Source: an uncultured Streptococcus sp. (GTDB lineage Bacteria; Bacillota; Bacilli; Lactobacillales; Streptococcaceae). From it: a stretch of 64,000 bases of DNA. Each line of letters starts with the position of its first letter. Position 1 is the stretch's first letter. Shown here piece after piece: positions 26,855-37,135 of this stretch. A program made the position numbers and the translations under genes. The notes below the pieces were generated by a model that was given only the letters and a program-made list of their open reading frames with translations, was not told the origin of the DNA and did no database searches. The DNA lies in NCBI GenBank assembly GCA_963525985.1, contig CAURMD010000001.1:11919-75918 (forward strand), written 5' to 3'.

Positions 26855-27319
26855 ATGGCTTTTTTAAAAGGTCGTGACGTAATCAGCGGTCAGGAAGGTA
26901 CCGCTTTTATTCACATCGACGGAAGAAACGAGTTCATGTTCTATATCAAGGAACTTGAAGCGACAGTTAAGAAAAACAAAGAAGAAGTCCGCACCCTTAA
27001 CAAACGTGGTACGCAAGTAAAAGCGACTGGTTTCAAGGGAGAAGGTAAGATGACTATCTACGGTGTAACTTCAACATTCAAGGAAATGATGTTGGACTAC
27101 ATGAAGAATGGTCGGGATACATTCTTTGATATCCAAGTGACCAATGACGATGCGACAAGTTCAATCGGTCGTCAAACAACTATCTTGCGTGAATGTAACC
27201 TTGATGAAGTTGTGATGGGTCAACTAAAAGTTGAGGAAGATTTCTTGGAAGAAGAAGTCAACTTTACTTTTGAAGATGTGGATATCTTAGAAAAATTTAA
27301 TGCGCCTAAATTAGGTTAG
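26855..27319 (+). CDS. Tail tube protein (XkdM-like)
   Basis: D.ISG.EG.A, G.Q...L..C.LD, FTFED. Confidence 0.9.
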   Translation: MAFLKGRDVISGQEGTAFIHIDGRNEFMFYIKELEATVKKNKEEVRTLNKRGTQVKATGFKGEGKMTIYGVTSTFKEMMLDYMKNGRDTFFDIQVTNDDATSSIGRQTTILRECNLDEVVMGQLKVEEDFLEEEVNFTFEDVDILEKFNAPKLG

Positions 27320-27334
27320 AAAGAGGACAGATAA

Positions 27335-27739
27335 ATGGCAATTTCAGACTTTTTACTAGAAAACGTTCAACGAGATGCAACTAAAGAAGTGACACTAGAA
27401 CGTTTCAAATCTCCTTTTGTCATTCGTAGTATTGACGAAAGCTTAAACGATACGTTGAAGAAACGTGCAACAATCAAGAAGAAAAATCGTCAAGGCGTGA
27501 CTATTCCTGAGTTTAACAATGAGAGATACATTGACTCATTGATGGTAGCCTGCGTTGTTACCCCAGACTTAAAAGATGCTCAACTGCAAGAGTCTTATCA
27601 CACAGTTGGAGATGAAGCAGCAACTTTGAAAACTATGTTGAAGATCGGGGAATATAATCGACTTATGCAAGAAATTCAGTCACTTAACGGCTTTGATGAA
27701 GACATCAATGATCTTGTTGAAGAAGCAAAAAACGACTAG
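27335..27739 (+). CDS. Tail assembly chaperone (XkdN-like)
   Basis: V.PDL.D..LQ.SY, GEY, EEAKN end. Confidence 0.88.
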   Translation: MAISDFLLENVQRDATKEVTLERFKSPFVIRSIDESLNDTLKKRATIKKKNRQGVTIPEFNNERYIDSLMVACVVTPDLKDAQLQESYHTVGDEAATLKTMLKIGEYNRLMQEIQSLNGFDEDINDLVEEAKND

Positions 27740-27930
27740 AGGACGGGGACGCAGAGTTGAGTTATGCTTACTACTGTTTGCATCAATTCAACTGGACTCC
27801 GTCCTTTTTGGATAGCTTGTCCAAGCGTGAAAAAGCCTTGATTTTTGCCTTTATCGATATCCGAGTAGAAGCAGAGCAAAAGGAACAGAAAGAAATGGAA
27901 AGAAAAAGTAGAGGAAGGAGGAGACGGTAG
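27727..27930 (+). CDS. -1 frameshift extension of tail chaperone (gpGT-like)
   Basis: A AAA AAC heptamer at 27727-27733; -1 frame open to TAG at 27930. Confidence 0.8.
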   Translation, partial: KKRLEDGDAELSYAYYCLHQFNWTPSFLDSLSKREKALIFAFIDIRVEAEQKEQKEMERKSRGRRRR

Positions 27931-27933
27931 AAG

Positions 27934-30180
27934 ATGACTACATTAATGCAAACACTAGCGCTTAGAGATAATTTCTCAAGCCCTTTAAATCGAATTAACA
28001 GTACGATTAACAGGACTATTGCTAAGTTCGGAGAGTTGGATAGACGTGTTAAGAAGATGACGCAAACTGCAACGATTAAAGTCAAAGCAGATATGCCTAA
28101 GAATTTAACTGCGCCCAAAGCTACTAGCCCTGTAGCGCCTAAAATGGCGACACCTATCGCTCCTAAACTTCCTTCGGCTGGGCCTCTTGTTGGTGGTTTA
28201 GGTGTGGCTACATCCATGCTTGGTCGAATGACTTCTATTTCTCGTGCTTTAAATTTCATGGTTGCTATTCAAGCCTTGAGGCAAATGGCTAATTTAATGA
28301 GTGGTCTGATTAAGTCAGGCGATGATTATATTCAGACCATGGCAAGGCTTAAGACGATAGAAGATGGAACTAAGACAGGCCAAGAACTTCAAGATAGTAT
28401 CATGGCAGCGGCACAACGCTCAAGGACTGGCTTCGGTATCCTGGCAGACTCAGTGGCTAAACTACGCTCACAAGCTGGAGAAGCCTTTAAAAGCAATGAT
28501 GAAGCTATTGCATTCGCTGAACAGTTGAACAAGCTGTATAAAATCGGTGGTGCAAGCTTAGAGCAACAAAAAGCAGGGACGCTTCAAATCACACAGGCAC
28601 TTGCTTCAGGGGTTCTTCGTGGTGATGAGTTCAACTCTATGATGGAGAACGCTCCGCTTGTTGCCCAAAAACTAGCTAGACACCTTGGTGTCAGTGTTGG
28701 TCAATTGAGGGCAATGGCTAAAGATGGTCAATTAACTGGAGATACTCTTAAGAACGCCTTGCTTGGTTCAGCAGTTGAAACAAACGCTGAGTTTGCGAAA
28801 ATGCCGATGACCTTTGCCGACATGATGACTCAGGTTGGTAACGTTGCTTCATACGCATTTCAGCCTTTAATTCGAGCGTGGCAAGAGTTCATTAACAGTA
28901 CCGCTGGACAAAACTTCATGGCAGGTTTAGAGACCGCTATGTTTGCGATTGGCCAGATAGCTTTGTGGCTCTTTAATCTCTTTGTTGCAGGTTGGAACTG
29001 GGTTACTGAGAACATCAATATAGTCATGACTGCATTAACACTTCTTGCGGCAGTTGCTCTTATAGCAGGTGTTGCAATGTTTGTAGCGGGTTTGATGGCA
29101 GGAGCACCTTGGGCTTGGCTGATGCTGATACTGATAGGTGTAATTGGAATCGCGCTATTAATCGGTACAGCTCTAAACGCTATGGGGATTTCATTCTTAG
29201 ACGTTGCAGCTGCTATTGTTGCAGCCTTTGTCTTTGTCGGAACGATTGTTTATGACATTATTATGTTCGTTATTAATCTTGTCATGTATATGATTGCACC
29301 GATTGTAAATTTCTTCATAGCCATTTACAATATTGGTGTAGCAATTGCGGAGTTTTTGAGAAATGTCTTTAAACACCCGATATATTCCATCAGAAAGTTA
29401 TTTTATAATCTTATTCGAACTGTATTAGATTATTTTGCTTCGTTTGTTGATGGGGTAGTCAATGTAGCGCAATCTATCGGTAATGCTTTTATAGCCGGTG
29501 CAAACATGGCTATTAAAGCTATCAACTGGATCATTGACGCTTTAAACAAAATACCAGGAGTGAATCTAGGAAAAGTTGGCGAAATGGGCTACATGTCTAA
29601 TGACGGTAGTTTTGCCAATGGTATTCGTGCGATGGGAGAGATGTTTAATCCAGGAGATGCTCCTGATGATTATGAATCTTTTGACGGCATGCGTGCCAAT
29701 ATGATGACTCCAGGCGGTTTGTGGGATGGGATGAAAAATCCTTTCTCAACTGCTGGCAATGCTTTTAGTGGTACTAAGGCTTTTGGTCAAGGTGTTGGTG
29801 ATGCTATGCAAGGCTTCGTTGATAAGATGAAAGGCCAAGACGAACTTGCTTCTAAATTTGACCAAATGAACCAAACGCCTGCAGGGGCTGGTGCTCCTTC
29901 TGGTGGTGCTGGTGGCCTTGGCGACAAGCTAGGTAAAGGCAAGAACATTGGTAACGTCGGTAAGATTGAAGATGAAGTCAAGCTGAAAGACGAAGATATC
30001 AAGATGATGCGTGACGTTGCAGAACGTAAGTACATCATTGATTACCAAGTTCTAACACCTCAAGTTAGTGTCAATTACGAGTCTAAAAATAGCGCTACTG
30101 AACAAGATATCAATGATCTAGTTGGCAAGATTGAAGAAAAGATTGTCGGTTTGGTCGATAGCGACCTAGGAATTGCATAG
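27934..30180 (+). CDS. Tape measure protein
   Basis: QALASGVLRGDEFNS.MEN motif; hydrophobic centre. Confidence 0.92.
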   Translation: MTTLMQTLALRDNFSSPLNRINSTINRTIAKFGELDRRVKKMTQTATIKVKADMPKNLTAPKATSPVAPKMATPIAPKLPSAGPLVGGLGVATSMLGRMTSISRALNFMVAIQALRQMANLMSGLIKSGDDYIQTMARLKTIEDGTKTGQELQDSIMAAAQRSRTGFGILADSVAKLRSQAGEAFKSNDEAIAFAEQLNKLYKIGGASLEQQKAGTLQITQALASGVLRGDEFNSMMENAPLVAQKLARHLGVSVGQLRAMAKDGQLTGDTLKNALLGSAVETNAEFAKMPMTFADMMTQVGNVASYAFQPLIRAWQEFINSTAGQNFMAGLETAMFAIGQIALWLFNLFVAGWNWVTENINIVMTALTLLAAVALIAGVAMFVAGLMAGAPWAWLMLILIGVIGIALLIGTALNAMGISFLDVAAAIVAAFVFVGTIVYDIIMFVINLVMYMIAPIVNFFIAIYNIGVAIAEFLRNVFKHPIYSIRKLFYNLIRTVLDYFASFVDGVVNVAQSIGNAFIAGANMAIKAINWIIDALNKIPGVNLGKVGEMGYMSNDGSFANGIRAMGEMFNPGDAPDDYESFDGMRANMMTPGGLWDGMKNPFSTAGNAFSGTKAFGQGVGDAMQGFVDKMKGQDELASKFDQMNQTPAGAGAPSGGAGGLGDKLGKGKNIGNVGKIEDEVKLKDEDIKMMRDVAERKYIIDYQVLTPQVSVNYESKNSATEQDINDLVGKIEEKIVGLVDSDLGIA

Positions 30181-30193
30181 GAGGTAGAAAGAA

Positions 30194-30886
30194 ATGGCGA
30201 TTGGTATTTTTGTAGAGTACAAAGGTCAGGTCACACAACTTCCTGTCAATCCAGAAGAACTGAAAACGAAGAATAGCGCCAATAACGAGTCAACAACGAG
30301 TATTGCGCTAGGAGAAATAACCCAGATGAGTTTTCCTAAACTCTCTGAGGTTACTTTTACTTCATTCTTCCCCAGAGACACTTTCCGCTCTTATGTCCTG
30401 AATAAATCAGGAACGCCTGAAACCTATGTTCGACTCCTAAAGAAAATCATGGACGGGAAAGAACCTTGTCGCTTGATTATCTCTGGCGTGGGTATCAATA
30501 TGCTTGCGACAGTTGAGAGTTTTGAACAACAAAGAAAAGCTGGTATTCATGAGGATGTTTACTACGACATCACTTTTAAAGAGTACAAGATGGCCAAGGC
30601 TAGGTTTGTAAAAATCGAGAAGAAGGTATCAGAAGAGAAGAAAGCTAGTCAGCCTCAGAAAGAGCAAGCTCCCTCAACTAAGAAAGAAGTGACTATTGGT
30701 GCAAAGGTGCTCGTCAATGGGCAGTTGCATAGAGATAGCTACGGAGAAGGGCCTGGTCAAACCGAGTCAAACGCAACTAGACTTGTCAATTATATCAATA
30801 TGAAAGGGTCGCATCCTTATCACGTTACTATGCTGGATGGCGGTTGGCGTGGTTGGGTTACTGCTGATTCGGTGCAAGTCCTATGA
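30194..30886 (+). CDS. Tail tube initiator/XkdP-like protein
   Basis: LPVNPEE, D.YY.I.FKEY. Confidence 0.8.
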   Translation: MAIGIFVEYKGQVTQLPVNPEELKTKNSANNESTTSIALGEITQMSFPKLSEVTFTSFFPRDTFRSYVLNKSGTPETYVRLLKKIMDGKEPCRLIISGVGINMLATVESFEQQRKAGIHEDVYYDITFKEYKMAKARFVKIEKKVSEEKKASQPQKEQAPSTKKEVTIGAKVLVNGQLHRDSYGEGPGQTESNATRLVNYINMKGSHPYHVTMLDGGWRGWVTADSVQVL

Positions 30887-31851
30887 TGGAATTTCTGATT
30901 CAAGATGTGAATGACGGTAAAGTCTTTGATATCACTGAGTTGGTCGGAGGTGTCAAATGGGAAACCAGCATTGATTTTCAGCCGGGGAAACTTGAGTTTG
31001 ATATGATTATAGACTCGCAGGTTGCTTGTAACTTTGGGGATGTTATTCGCTTCAAGGTGGATGATAAGGGCATTTTTTACGGCAAAGTTTTCAAGAAAAA
31101 GCGGAAATCAGCTAAGAAATGGTCGGTTACCGCTTATGACAGAATGAGGTATCTGAAAAACACTGACACAATAGTGTTTGAAGCCTCTAAGAGTCATGAA
31201 ATCTTTAGTAAGATTTGCGAAATATCAGAACTTGAGTACAAAGTTGTTGATGAAGGTAACTGGACGTGTCCTGAGAAAATCGAGGATAAAAAAACTTATT
31301 TTGCGATGATCCAAAACGCCTTGGACTTGACATTGATTCATGGTGGAATGTGGTACATCATCAGGGATAACTTTGGTACAGTCGAGCATATAGCCTTAAA
31401 TTCGCTGATTACTGACTTAGTAATTGGAGATGATAGCGTGGCTAAAGACTTTGACTATGAAGGCTCTATCGATGATAGTTTCAACTATGTGAAGCTGACT
31501 AAAGACAACAAGCAGAGTAAGAAGCGTGAAGTTTACGTCGTGAAAGATTCTAAAAATGTTGCTCTTTGGGGAAAATTGCAGTACCACGAAAAAGTGGATG
31601 AAAAGATGAATGAGAGTCAGATTCAACAGAAGGCTGAACTCTTATTGAAAGCTAAGAATCATCCTAAAAAGACTTTTAAAGTTCCTTGTTTAGGACATCT
31701 TGGAATCAGTGCAGGCAACAGTGTTGTGCTGGATTTTGCTGATTTAGAGTCTGAAGGGATTAAGAAGAACAGTCTTGGCATCATCTCTAAATGTACCCAC
31801 AAGTGGGATAAGGTGCATACAATGGATTTAGAATTGAGGACGCTGGAATAA
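30883..31851 (+). CDS. Baseplate hub (XkdQ-like)
   Basis: PGKL.F, TAYD..RYLKN.DT, WG.LQY. Confidence 0.85.
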   Translation: MMEFLIQDVNDGKVFDITELVGGVKWETSIDFQPGKLEFDMIIDSQVACNFGDVIRFKVDDKGIFYGKVFKKKRKSAKKWSVTAYDRMRYLKNTDTIVFEASKSHEIFSKICEISELEYKVVDEGNWTCPEKIEDKKTYFAMIQNALDLTLIHGGMWYIIRDNFGTVEHIALNSLITDLVIGDDSVAKDFDYEGSIDDSFNYVKLTKDNKQSKKREVYVVKDSKNVALWGKLQYHEKVDEKMNESQIQQKAELLLKAKNHPKKTFKVPCLGHLGISAGNSVVLDFADLESEGIKKNSLGIISKCTHKWDKVHTMDLELRTLE

Positions 31852-32153
31852 TGGCAGGAGAGTTATTAGCACGCCTTTTGGCGCAAGGAGTAGATGATGG
31901 GACAGACAGGACAGATATTGTTTTTGGCTCTGTCACATCTGTTTCTCCTTTAACAATCAAGGTTAATAATAAACTTGAAATCCCTGAGTCCTTTTTAGTT
32001 CTAAGTCCGATGGTTAAAGAACTACGTACTGGAGATACTGAAGGGGACAACAAGAGATGGATTGTTTTTCGTGATCTTGAAGCAGGAGACAAAGTCTTAA
32101 TGATTAAAGCCCAGAACGGGCAATTATACTACGTTTTACAAAGGATGGAGTGA
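31851..32153 (+). CDS. DUF2577 baseplate protein (XkdR-like)
   Basis: G.V.SVSPL.I; L..GDKV.....GQ.Y.VL. Confidence 0.8.
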   Translation: MAGELLARLLAQGVDDGTDRTDIVFGSVTSVSPLTIKVNNKLEIPESFLVLSPMVKELRTGDTEGDNKRWIVFRDLEAGDKVLMIKAQNGQLYYVLQRME

Positions 32154-32548
32154 AGATGGTAGATATACGAAACATTGAAGAAGTTGTTTTGCCATCCTAC
32201 ACTTATCAAGTGAAAAATGGCAGAATACACGGATATATAGATGGATTAGAGGCCATGAGGCAAGCAGTTGAAAAGATTTTGCTTACAGAACGGTTTGAGT
32301 GGGTCATCTACTCTTCAAACTACGGAGTAGAATTGGAGCGCTTGATAGGAAAGCCTTATGATTTTGTAAAAGCTGACCTTGAGAGGACAATTTCTCAAGC
32401 CTTGTTAGTTGATACAAGAATTAAAAGTGTCCAAAATTTCTTCATCGAGCAACAAACCAAGGACAGTTTGCTTTGTATCTTTGAAGTCCATACTATATCC
32501 GGTTTATTTAAAGTTGAAAAGGAGGTGACGCTGATTAATGATAGGTGA
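32150..32548 (+). CDS. DUF2634 baseplate protein (XkdS-like)
   Basis: DGLEAM.QAV.K.L.TER, IYS..YG.EL. Confidence 0.85.
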   Translation: MKMVDIRNIEEVVLPSYTYQVKNGRIHGYIDGLEAMRQAVEKILLTERFEWVIYSSNYGVELERLIGKPYDFVKADLERTISQALLVDTRIKSVQNFFIEQQTKDSLLCIFEVHTISGLFKVEKEVTLINDR

Positions 32549-33665
32549 TTTCTTAGAAAAATACACGTTTGATTATCTGATGAATGACGCTCTTTCTCGT
32601 GTCAATGAAAATATTGATACACGGGAAGGTTCTATCATCTATGACGCATTGGCGCCTGCTTGTTACGAGTTAGCTGGTTTTTATTTACAGTTGAAAAATC
32701 TACTGTTGGATACATTTCCACAGACTGCTATTGGCCAATATCTAGACTACAAGGTGGAAGAGTTCGGTCTACATCGTTATCCGTCAAAAAAAGCGGTACG
32801 CTTTGCGGAGTTTAAAAATGAGAGAAAAGAAGGCGTACAAATCGCTTTGGGTTCTCGTTTTGCGACAATTGACGATGCTGCACTCATCTACAAGGTTGTT
32901 CGTGCAACAGATGTAGTAGGTAAGTATGAAGTAGAGTGTGAGACGACTGGTGTTGTCGGAAACCGATACTACGGCAATATCTTACCCTTAGAGAACTACA
33001 GAAACCTCGCTACGGCTGTCTTGGGGGAAATCGTTACATCTGGTCAAGATGAAGAAACTGACGATGAATTGCGGAAGCGTTTCTTGATTTACGTCAATGA
33101 GAAGCCGTTTGGAGGTAACTTCATCGAGTACGTTCAGCGTGTCCGTGAAATTGACGGTGTTGGCGCAGTTCAGGTCTATCCAGTTTGGAATGGCTCAGGA
33201 ACGGTTAAAGTGGTTGTATTAGACAATGACTTGAACTTAGCATCTGCTGAGACAATCAAGAGAGTACAAAACATCCTTGACCCATTAGAACAGACAGGAA
33301 AAGGAGTCGGACTTGCTCCTATCAATCATCGTGTGACAGTTACAACTGCGACACGATTCCCGATTGATATTGAGTTTAAACTTGAGTTGATGACAGGATA
33401 TCAGCTAAATCAAGTAAAAGAACTGGTAGACAAGGCTCTAGACCAGTATTTCTTGGACTTGAGAAAGAACTGGGCGCAATACTCAGATGTCAACACCTAC
33501 AGCATGAAAATCTATCGCTCGCAGTTAATGGCCAAGTTACTGACCATTACAGGTATCGCAAACGTTGATAAGATGAAATTGAATAACCGCGAAGCTGATT
33601 TAGCACTTGTTTTTACAGGACAATTACAACAATTGCCGTATAAAGGAACAGTGAGGACGGTTTAA
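32538..33665 (+). CDS. Baseplate J-like protein (XkdT)
   Basis: D.REGSI.YDALAP, G.DEE.D.ELR.R, P.WNG.GTVKV. Confidence 0.92.
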   Translation: MIGDFLEKYTFDYLMNDALSRVNENIDTREGSIIYDALAPACYELAGFYLQLKNLLLDTFPQTAIGQYLDYKVEEFGLHRYPSKKAVRFAEFKNERKEGVQIALGSRFATIDDAALIYKVVRATDVVGKYEVECETTGVVGNRYYGNILPLENYRNLATAVLGEIVTSGQDEETDDELRKRFLIYVNEKPFGGNFIEYVQRVREIDGVGAVQVYPVWNGSGTVKVVVLDNDLNLASAETIKRVQNILDPLEQTGKGVGLAPINHRVTVTTATRFPIDIEFKLELMTGYQLNQVKELVDKALDQYFLDLRKNWAQYSDVNTYSMKIYRSQLMAKLLTITGIANVDKMKLNNREADLALVFTGQLQQLPYKGTVRTV

Positions 33666-34258
33666 TGGTGAAAGAAGTAAACTTATCTGAATACGTTCCC
33701 GATTATTACGAGGGCGTCAAGGATATGAAAGAACTGGTTCGGGTTGAAAATGCTCTGTTTAAAGACGGTACTATCTCGTTAGAGCAGTTCATCAAGAATC
33801 AGTTCATTATGCTCTGTGATGTCCCTACCTTAACGAAATTTGAAGAAGTCTACGGTATTGTTGCTCATGCTGACGATACGTTGGAGTGGAGAAGAGAGCG
33901 TGTCTTGTTGCGGATCAATATGAGGCCACCATTTTCATGGTGGTTTTTAATTCGCAAATTAGACGACCTTTTCGGAAAAGGAAAGTACAAGGCTTCAGTA
34001 GATTTCGCTAATCAGGTTTTACTGATTGAGTCCGGCGCAGAAACGAGCGGACTTTTTAGAGAATCGGTTATCTTTGTCAATGCAATCAAGCCAGCAAATA
34101 TGGGGTATACACATATCCCGACAGTAACAGAACGAGTCAAGCTGAAAGAACGGTTATTCAAGACTTCGGTAGATTTCGCTAGAGCAGGTTATGCAGTTGT
34201 AGGAGTGACACCTTTTGAATACGAAGGGCCACAAGAGGAGGTTTTATTCAATGATTAA
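33665..34258 (+). CDS. DUF2313/YmfQ-like baseplate protein
   Basis: Y.P.YY, TLE.RR.R, IKPAN. Confidence 0.82.
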   Translation: MVKEVNLSEYVPDYYEGVKDMKELVRVENALFKDGTISLEQFIKNQFIMLCDVPTLTKFEEVYGIVAHADDTLEWRRERVLLRINMRPPFSWWFLIRKLDDLFGKGKYKASVDFANQVLLIESGAETSGLFRESVIFVNAIKPANMGYTHIPTVTERVKLKERLFKTSVDFARAGYAVVGVTPFEYEGPQEEVLFND

Positions 34259-34526
34259 AGAAACGTTACTAAATACAGTTACAGAAACCGTACTAGCTAA
34301 AATCAACAAAGCAAGATTGAATGACAATCAGATTGTGACGATACAGAAGCAACGAGAGCAGCATTTTGTCCTTATTGATTTCTTGGTACCAGACTCAATA
34401 AAAGAAATCAATAAGATTGAGTTGTTAGATGATTCAAATGCGCCTCAGTCTGTTATTGATGTATACGTTCCGATTGAAACAACGACACGATTCAAATATA
34501 GACTGGAGGTGCTAACAGATGGCTAA
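34251..34526 (+). CDS. Tail-associated hypothetical protein
   Basis: SD GAGGAGG before ATG 34251. Confidence 0.7.
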   Translation: MIKETLLNTVTETVLAKINKARLNDNQIVTIQKQREQHFVLIDFLVPDSIKEINKIELLDDSNAPQSVIDVYVPIETTTRFKYRLEVLTDG

Positions 34527-34968
34527 AATTTGGAGGTCAAGAGATATCATCGGCGCTGAAGATGCGCAACGGTGGGAAAACAAAGCCGACTTAAGTCACA
34601 GGCATAAGGTTGCAGACATAGACGGTCTGCCTGAAAAGATTGACGAGTTCACCAGAAGCAAGGCTGAAAAAGTTGACCTATCTGCTCACATCAACAACCG
34701 CAACAACCCACACAATGTAACCAAGGCGCAGGTAGGCTTGGGGAATGTGGACAATGTAAAGCAAGCCGGTTACATAGATCATGAAGCTACTAAAAGAGAA
34801 GTCGCCGAGCAAGAACAACGATTGTCATTGCTAGAAGAAATGGTATTACAGAATCGATTCTATGTACCAATCAAAGCGGAAGATAATGATGATGTATTGT
34901 TAGGAGACGAAAACAACAATCTAGTCGTAGCTGATTGGAAATACCAAATAGTAGAAAGGGAGGAATAG
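34519..34968 (+). CDS. Tail fibre-related protein
   Basis: H.H..ADI.GL and NPH.VTK.QVGLGNVDN fibre motifs. Confidence 0.8.
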   Translation: MAKIWRSRDIIGAEDAQRWENKADLSHRHKVADIDGLPEKIDEFTRSKAEKVDLSAHINNRNNPHNVTKAQVGLGNVDNVKQAGYIDHEATKREVAEQEQRLSLLEEMVLQNRFYVPIKAEDNDDVLLGDENNNLVVADWKYQIVEREE

Positions 34969-34972
34969 ATGA

Positions 34973-35461
34973 ATGGTAATTATGAGTAACCAAGTTAGAA
35001 AAGCTACTGATTTGCCAACGTTATCCAACGTATCGGACGGAGATGTGGTGCTAATTCATAGTGGAGCAGGATTAAAGAAAGTTCCTGTGTCCACTTTGAA
35101 ACGAACATTTACAACACCGCAAACAGCTATATCAGTAGCTACATCAAACTCAAACGGTATCGTCAGACCGGATAATCAGACGACAGAAGTGTCAAATGGT
35201 GTGATGAAAGCAAAGACTGCAACTAGTGGACAGGCTGGTGTGGTGCGACCGGATAACTCAACGATTACAGTCGATAGTTCGGGTGTTTTGCGAGTAAACA
35301 GGTCGGCGCTTGGAATTCCAAGTACACCGTCCGAAGTAGTTGCAAATAAGCTGATTAACCAAAACGGAAACCAGCAAATGAAGTATTGGTATGGATCTAA
35401 ATATCAATATGATGCACTCTCAACCAAAGACCCCAATACAATCTATGATGTGTATGAGTAG
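34973..35461 (+). CDS. Tail fibre-related protein
   Basis: Repeat AT...G(I/V)VRPDN.T..V x2; W.G...QY......D.NT.Y. Confidence 0.75.
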   Translation: MVIMSNQVRKATDLPTLSNVSDGDVVLIHSGAGLKKVPVSTLKRTFTTPQTAISVATSNSNGIVRPDNQTTEVSNGVMKAKTATSGQAGVVRPDNSTITVDSSGVLRVNRSALGIPSTPSEVVANKLINQNGNQQMKYWYGSKYQYDALSTKDPNTIYDVYE

Positions 35462-35469
35462 GTGATGCT

Positions 35470-35856
35470 ATGGCTACAAGAGAAGGAATTTATGTCGGAG
35501 GACATGAAATAGTTCAACGTTACGTTGGAAGCAGATTAGTATGGGAAAAATTCAATCTAATTCTCATAGGGAGCGGAAACTTTAATTTTACAGCAGAGAG
35601 AGATGATAAAGTTGTTATCAATTTAGATAATGCAAACGGTATTTATTCATTGGAAGATTTGAATAGATATAAAGAGGCTACAGCGGTAAAAAGGGGTGGT
35701 AAAACCTTTAGAATAAATTCAGTGCAATTGACGACAAGGACAGGATCATTTAATGAATTTTATGGTTCTTTTTCAATGCGTTTTAGAAGTAGAACTGATA
35801 GAGATACGTTCTTACATTTAGGAACTAACACTTCATTTTATAAAAGCAAGAGGTAA
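35470..35856 (+). CDS. Tail fibre tip-associated protein
   Basis: IYVG..EI...YVG..LVW N-terminus; AT-rich remainder. Confidence 0.65.
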   Translation: MATREGIYVGGHEIVQRYVGSRLVWEKFNLILIGSGNFNFTAERDDKVVINLDNANGIYSLEDLNRYKEATAVKRGGKTFRINSVQLTTRTGSFNEFYGSFSMRFRSRTDRDTFLHLGTNTSFYKSKR

Positions 35857-35862
35857 TCAAAC

Positions 35863-36498
35863 ATGGAATTTGTATTAGTAAATAAATTTTTTAGAGTTGG
35901 CAAGACGGAAGTCTCTATTCAATGTGACAAGCCGTTTACTTTCTTCACTCGTGAGTTAGAGGGTGACCGCTTGGGTGATACAGACGAAACGCTCATTGAA
36001 GCAGTCAAAGAGATTCTACGAACCGAATTAGACCCAACAAGTGCCATTGTCAAAAACCAAGAACAATTGGCTAAAACGACTGCAGCACTTGAACAAGCGA
36101 ATCAGCTTATGGAAGGTATGCAGAAGGTCAGCTTGCATAATACTGACGATATCGAAGAAATCTTTGAACGCTTGGAAGTACTCGAGAAACACAACGGTAT
36201 TGATCATGAGCATGAGGACAAAGCAGAGGGGCATGAGGAAGCACCTCACGTTGCCGAGCCAGAAACCCATCCTGCTGAACCTGCTCCAGTAACTCCACCG
36301 GTTCAACCAGAACCCCAACCAGCCACAGAAGTAGCCACAAACGGAGTACCGAACGTGGTCGTATCTGAACCAGCACCAGCTCCAGCGCAACCAGTGGCAG
36401 AAGCGCCTATCCAACCTGCACCAGCAGTAGAACAACCAACAGAAAGCGAGACAGAACATGAAATTCCTACACCGACAAGCGAAGCGAGCACTAGTTAA
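35863..36498 (+). CDS. DUF1366-like protein with Pro/Glu-rich tail
   Basis: Position; low-complexity C-terminus. Confidence 0.65.
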   Translation: MEFVLVNKFFRVGKTEVSIQCDKPFTFFTRELEGDRLGDTDETLIEAVKEILRTELDPTSAIVKNQEQLAKTTAALEQANQLMEGMQKVSLHNTDDIEEIFERLEVLEKHNGIDHEHEDKAEGHEEAPHVAEPETHPAEPAPVTPPVQPEPQPATEVATNGVPNVVVSEPAPAPAQPVAEAPIQPAPAVEQPTESETEHEIPTPTSEASTS

Positions 36499-36517
36499 GA
36501 CAATGGAGGTAGCAACA

Positions 36518-36670
36518 ATGAGTAAGATTACATTAGAACAAGCTAAAATCGACATGTACATTAACCTGCTGAAACGTGGAGCGATTGACTTTTTATTTGT
36601 CAACAAACGCTTCCGAGACCGTGTGCGTAAAGAATTGGAACGCCTTGGGTTGAGCAATTTAGCGAACTAG
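36518..36670 (+). CDS. Small phage protein
   Basis: SD GGAGGT before ATG 36518. Confidence 0.65.
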   Translation: MSKITLEQAKIDMYINLLKRGAIDFLFVNKRFRDRVRKELERLGLSNLAN

Positions 36671-36674
36671 AGAG

Positions 36675-37118
36675 GTGTTTATGGATGTCTTTGAGAAAAT
36701 AGAACACTTTTTCACTAGCGTAATGCCAGTGCTAACTCCAACAATCATTGCTTGGATAAGCTACCGGTTGCCGAAAAAAACCAAAGAAGAAACAGATAAA
36801 ATCGTCTCGGAACTAACCGATGTCAAGAAACAAATTGAAGATGTCCAGACTACCGCTAAAGATAGCAATTCCAAAATCGACGAAGTGCAAGAAAAATTAA
36901 AAATTCACGATGAGGCGCATCTAAATACCATGAAGTTGCGCCTTGGCCGTGATATGCGAAGGGCTATTAATAGAGGATATACCTCTAGAGAAGAATTCTC
37001 ACTAGTGGAAAGCATGCATAAAAGCTATAAAACTCTAGGAGGTAACGGCTACATAGATCGTTTATTCAGCGATTTTGAAAAATTGGATATTACAAAAGAA
37101 ATCTTAATTGATGATTAG
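36675..37118 (+). CDS. Membrane-anchored coiled-coil protein (holin-like)
   Basis: N-terminal TM; Y..LGGNG motif. Confidence 0.7.
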   Translation: MFMDVFEKIEHFFTSVMPVLTPTIIAWISYRLPKKTKEETDKIVSELTDVKKQIEDVQTTAKDSNSKIDEVQEKLKIHDEAHLNTMKLRLGRDMRRAINRGYTSREEFSLVESMHKSYKTLGGNGYIDRLFSDFEKLDITKEILIDD

Positions 37119-37135
37119 ATAGAAAGAGGTTCAGA

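Noticed and set aside
36028..36657. 209-aa minus-strand ORF and other nested ORFs
   Set aside because: Shadows of a Pro-rich, stop-poor coding region
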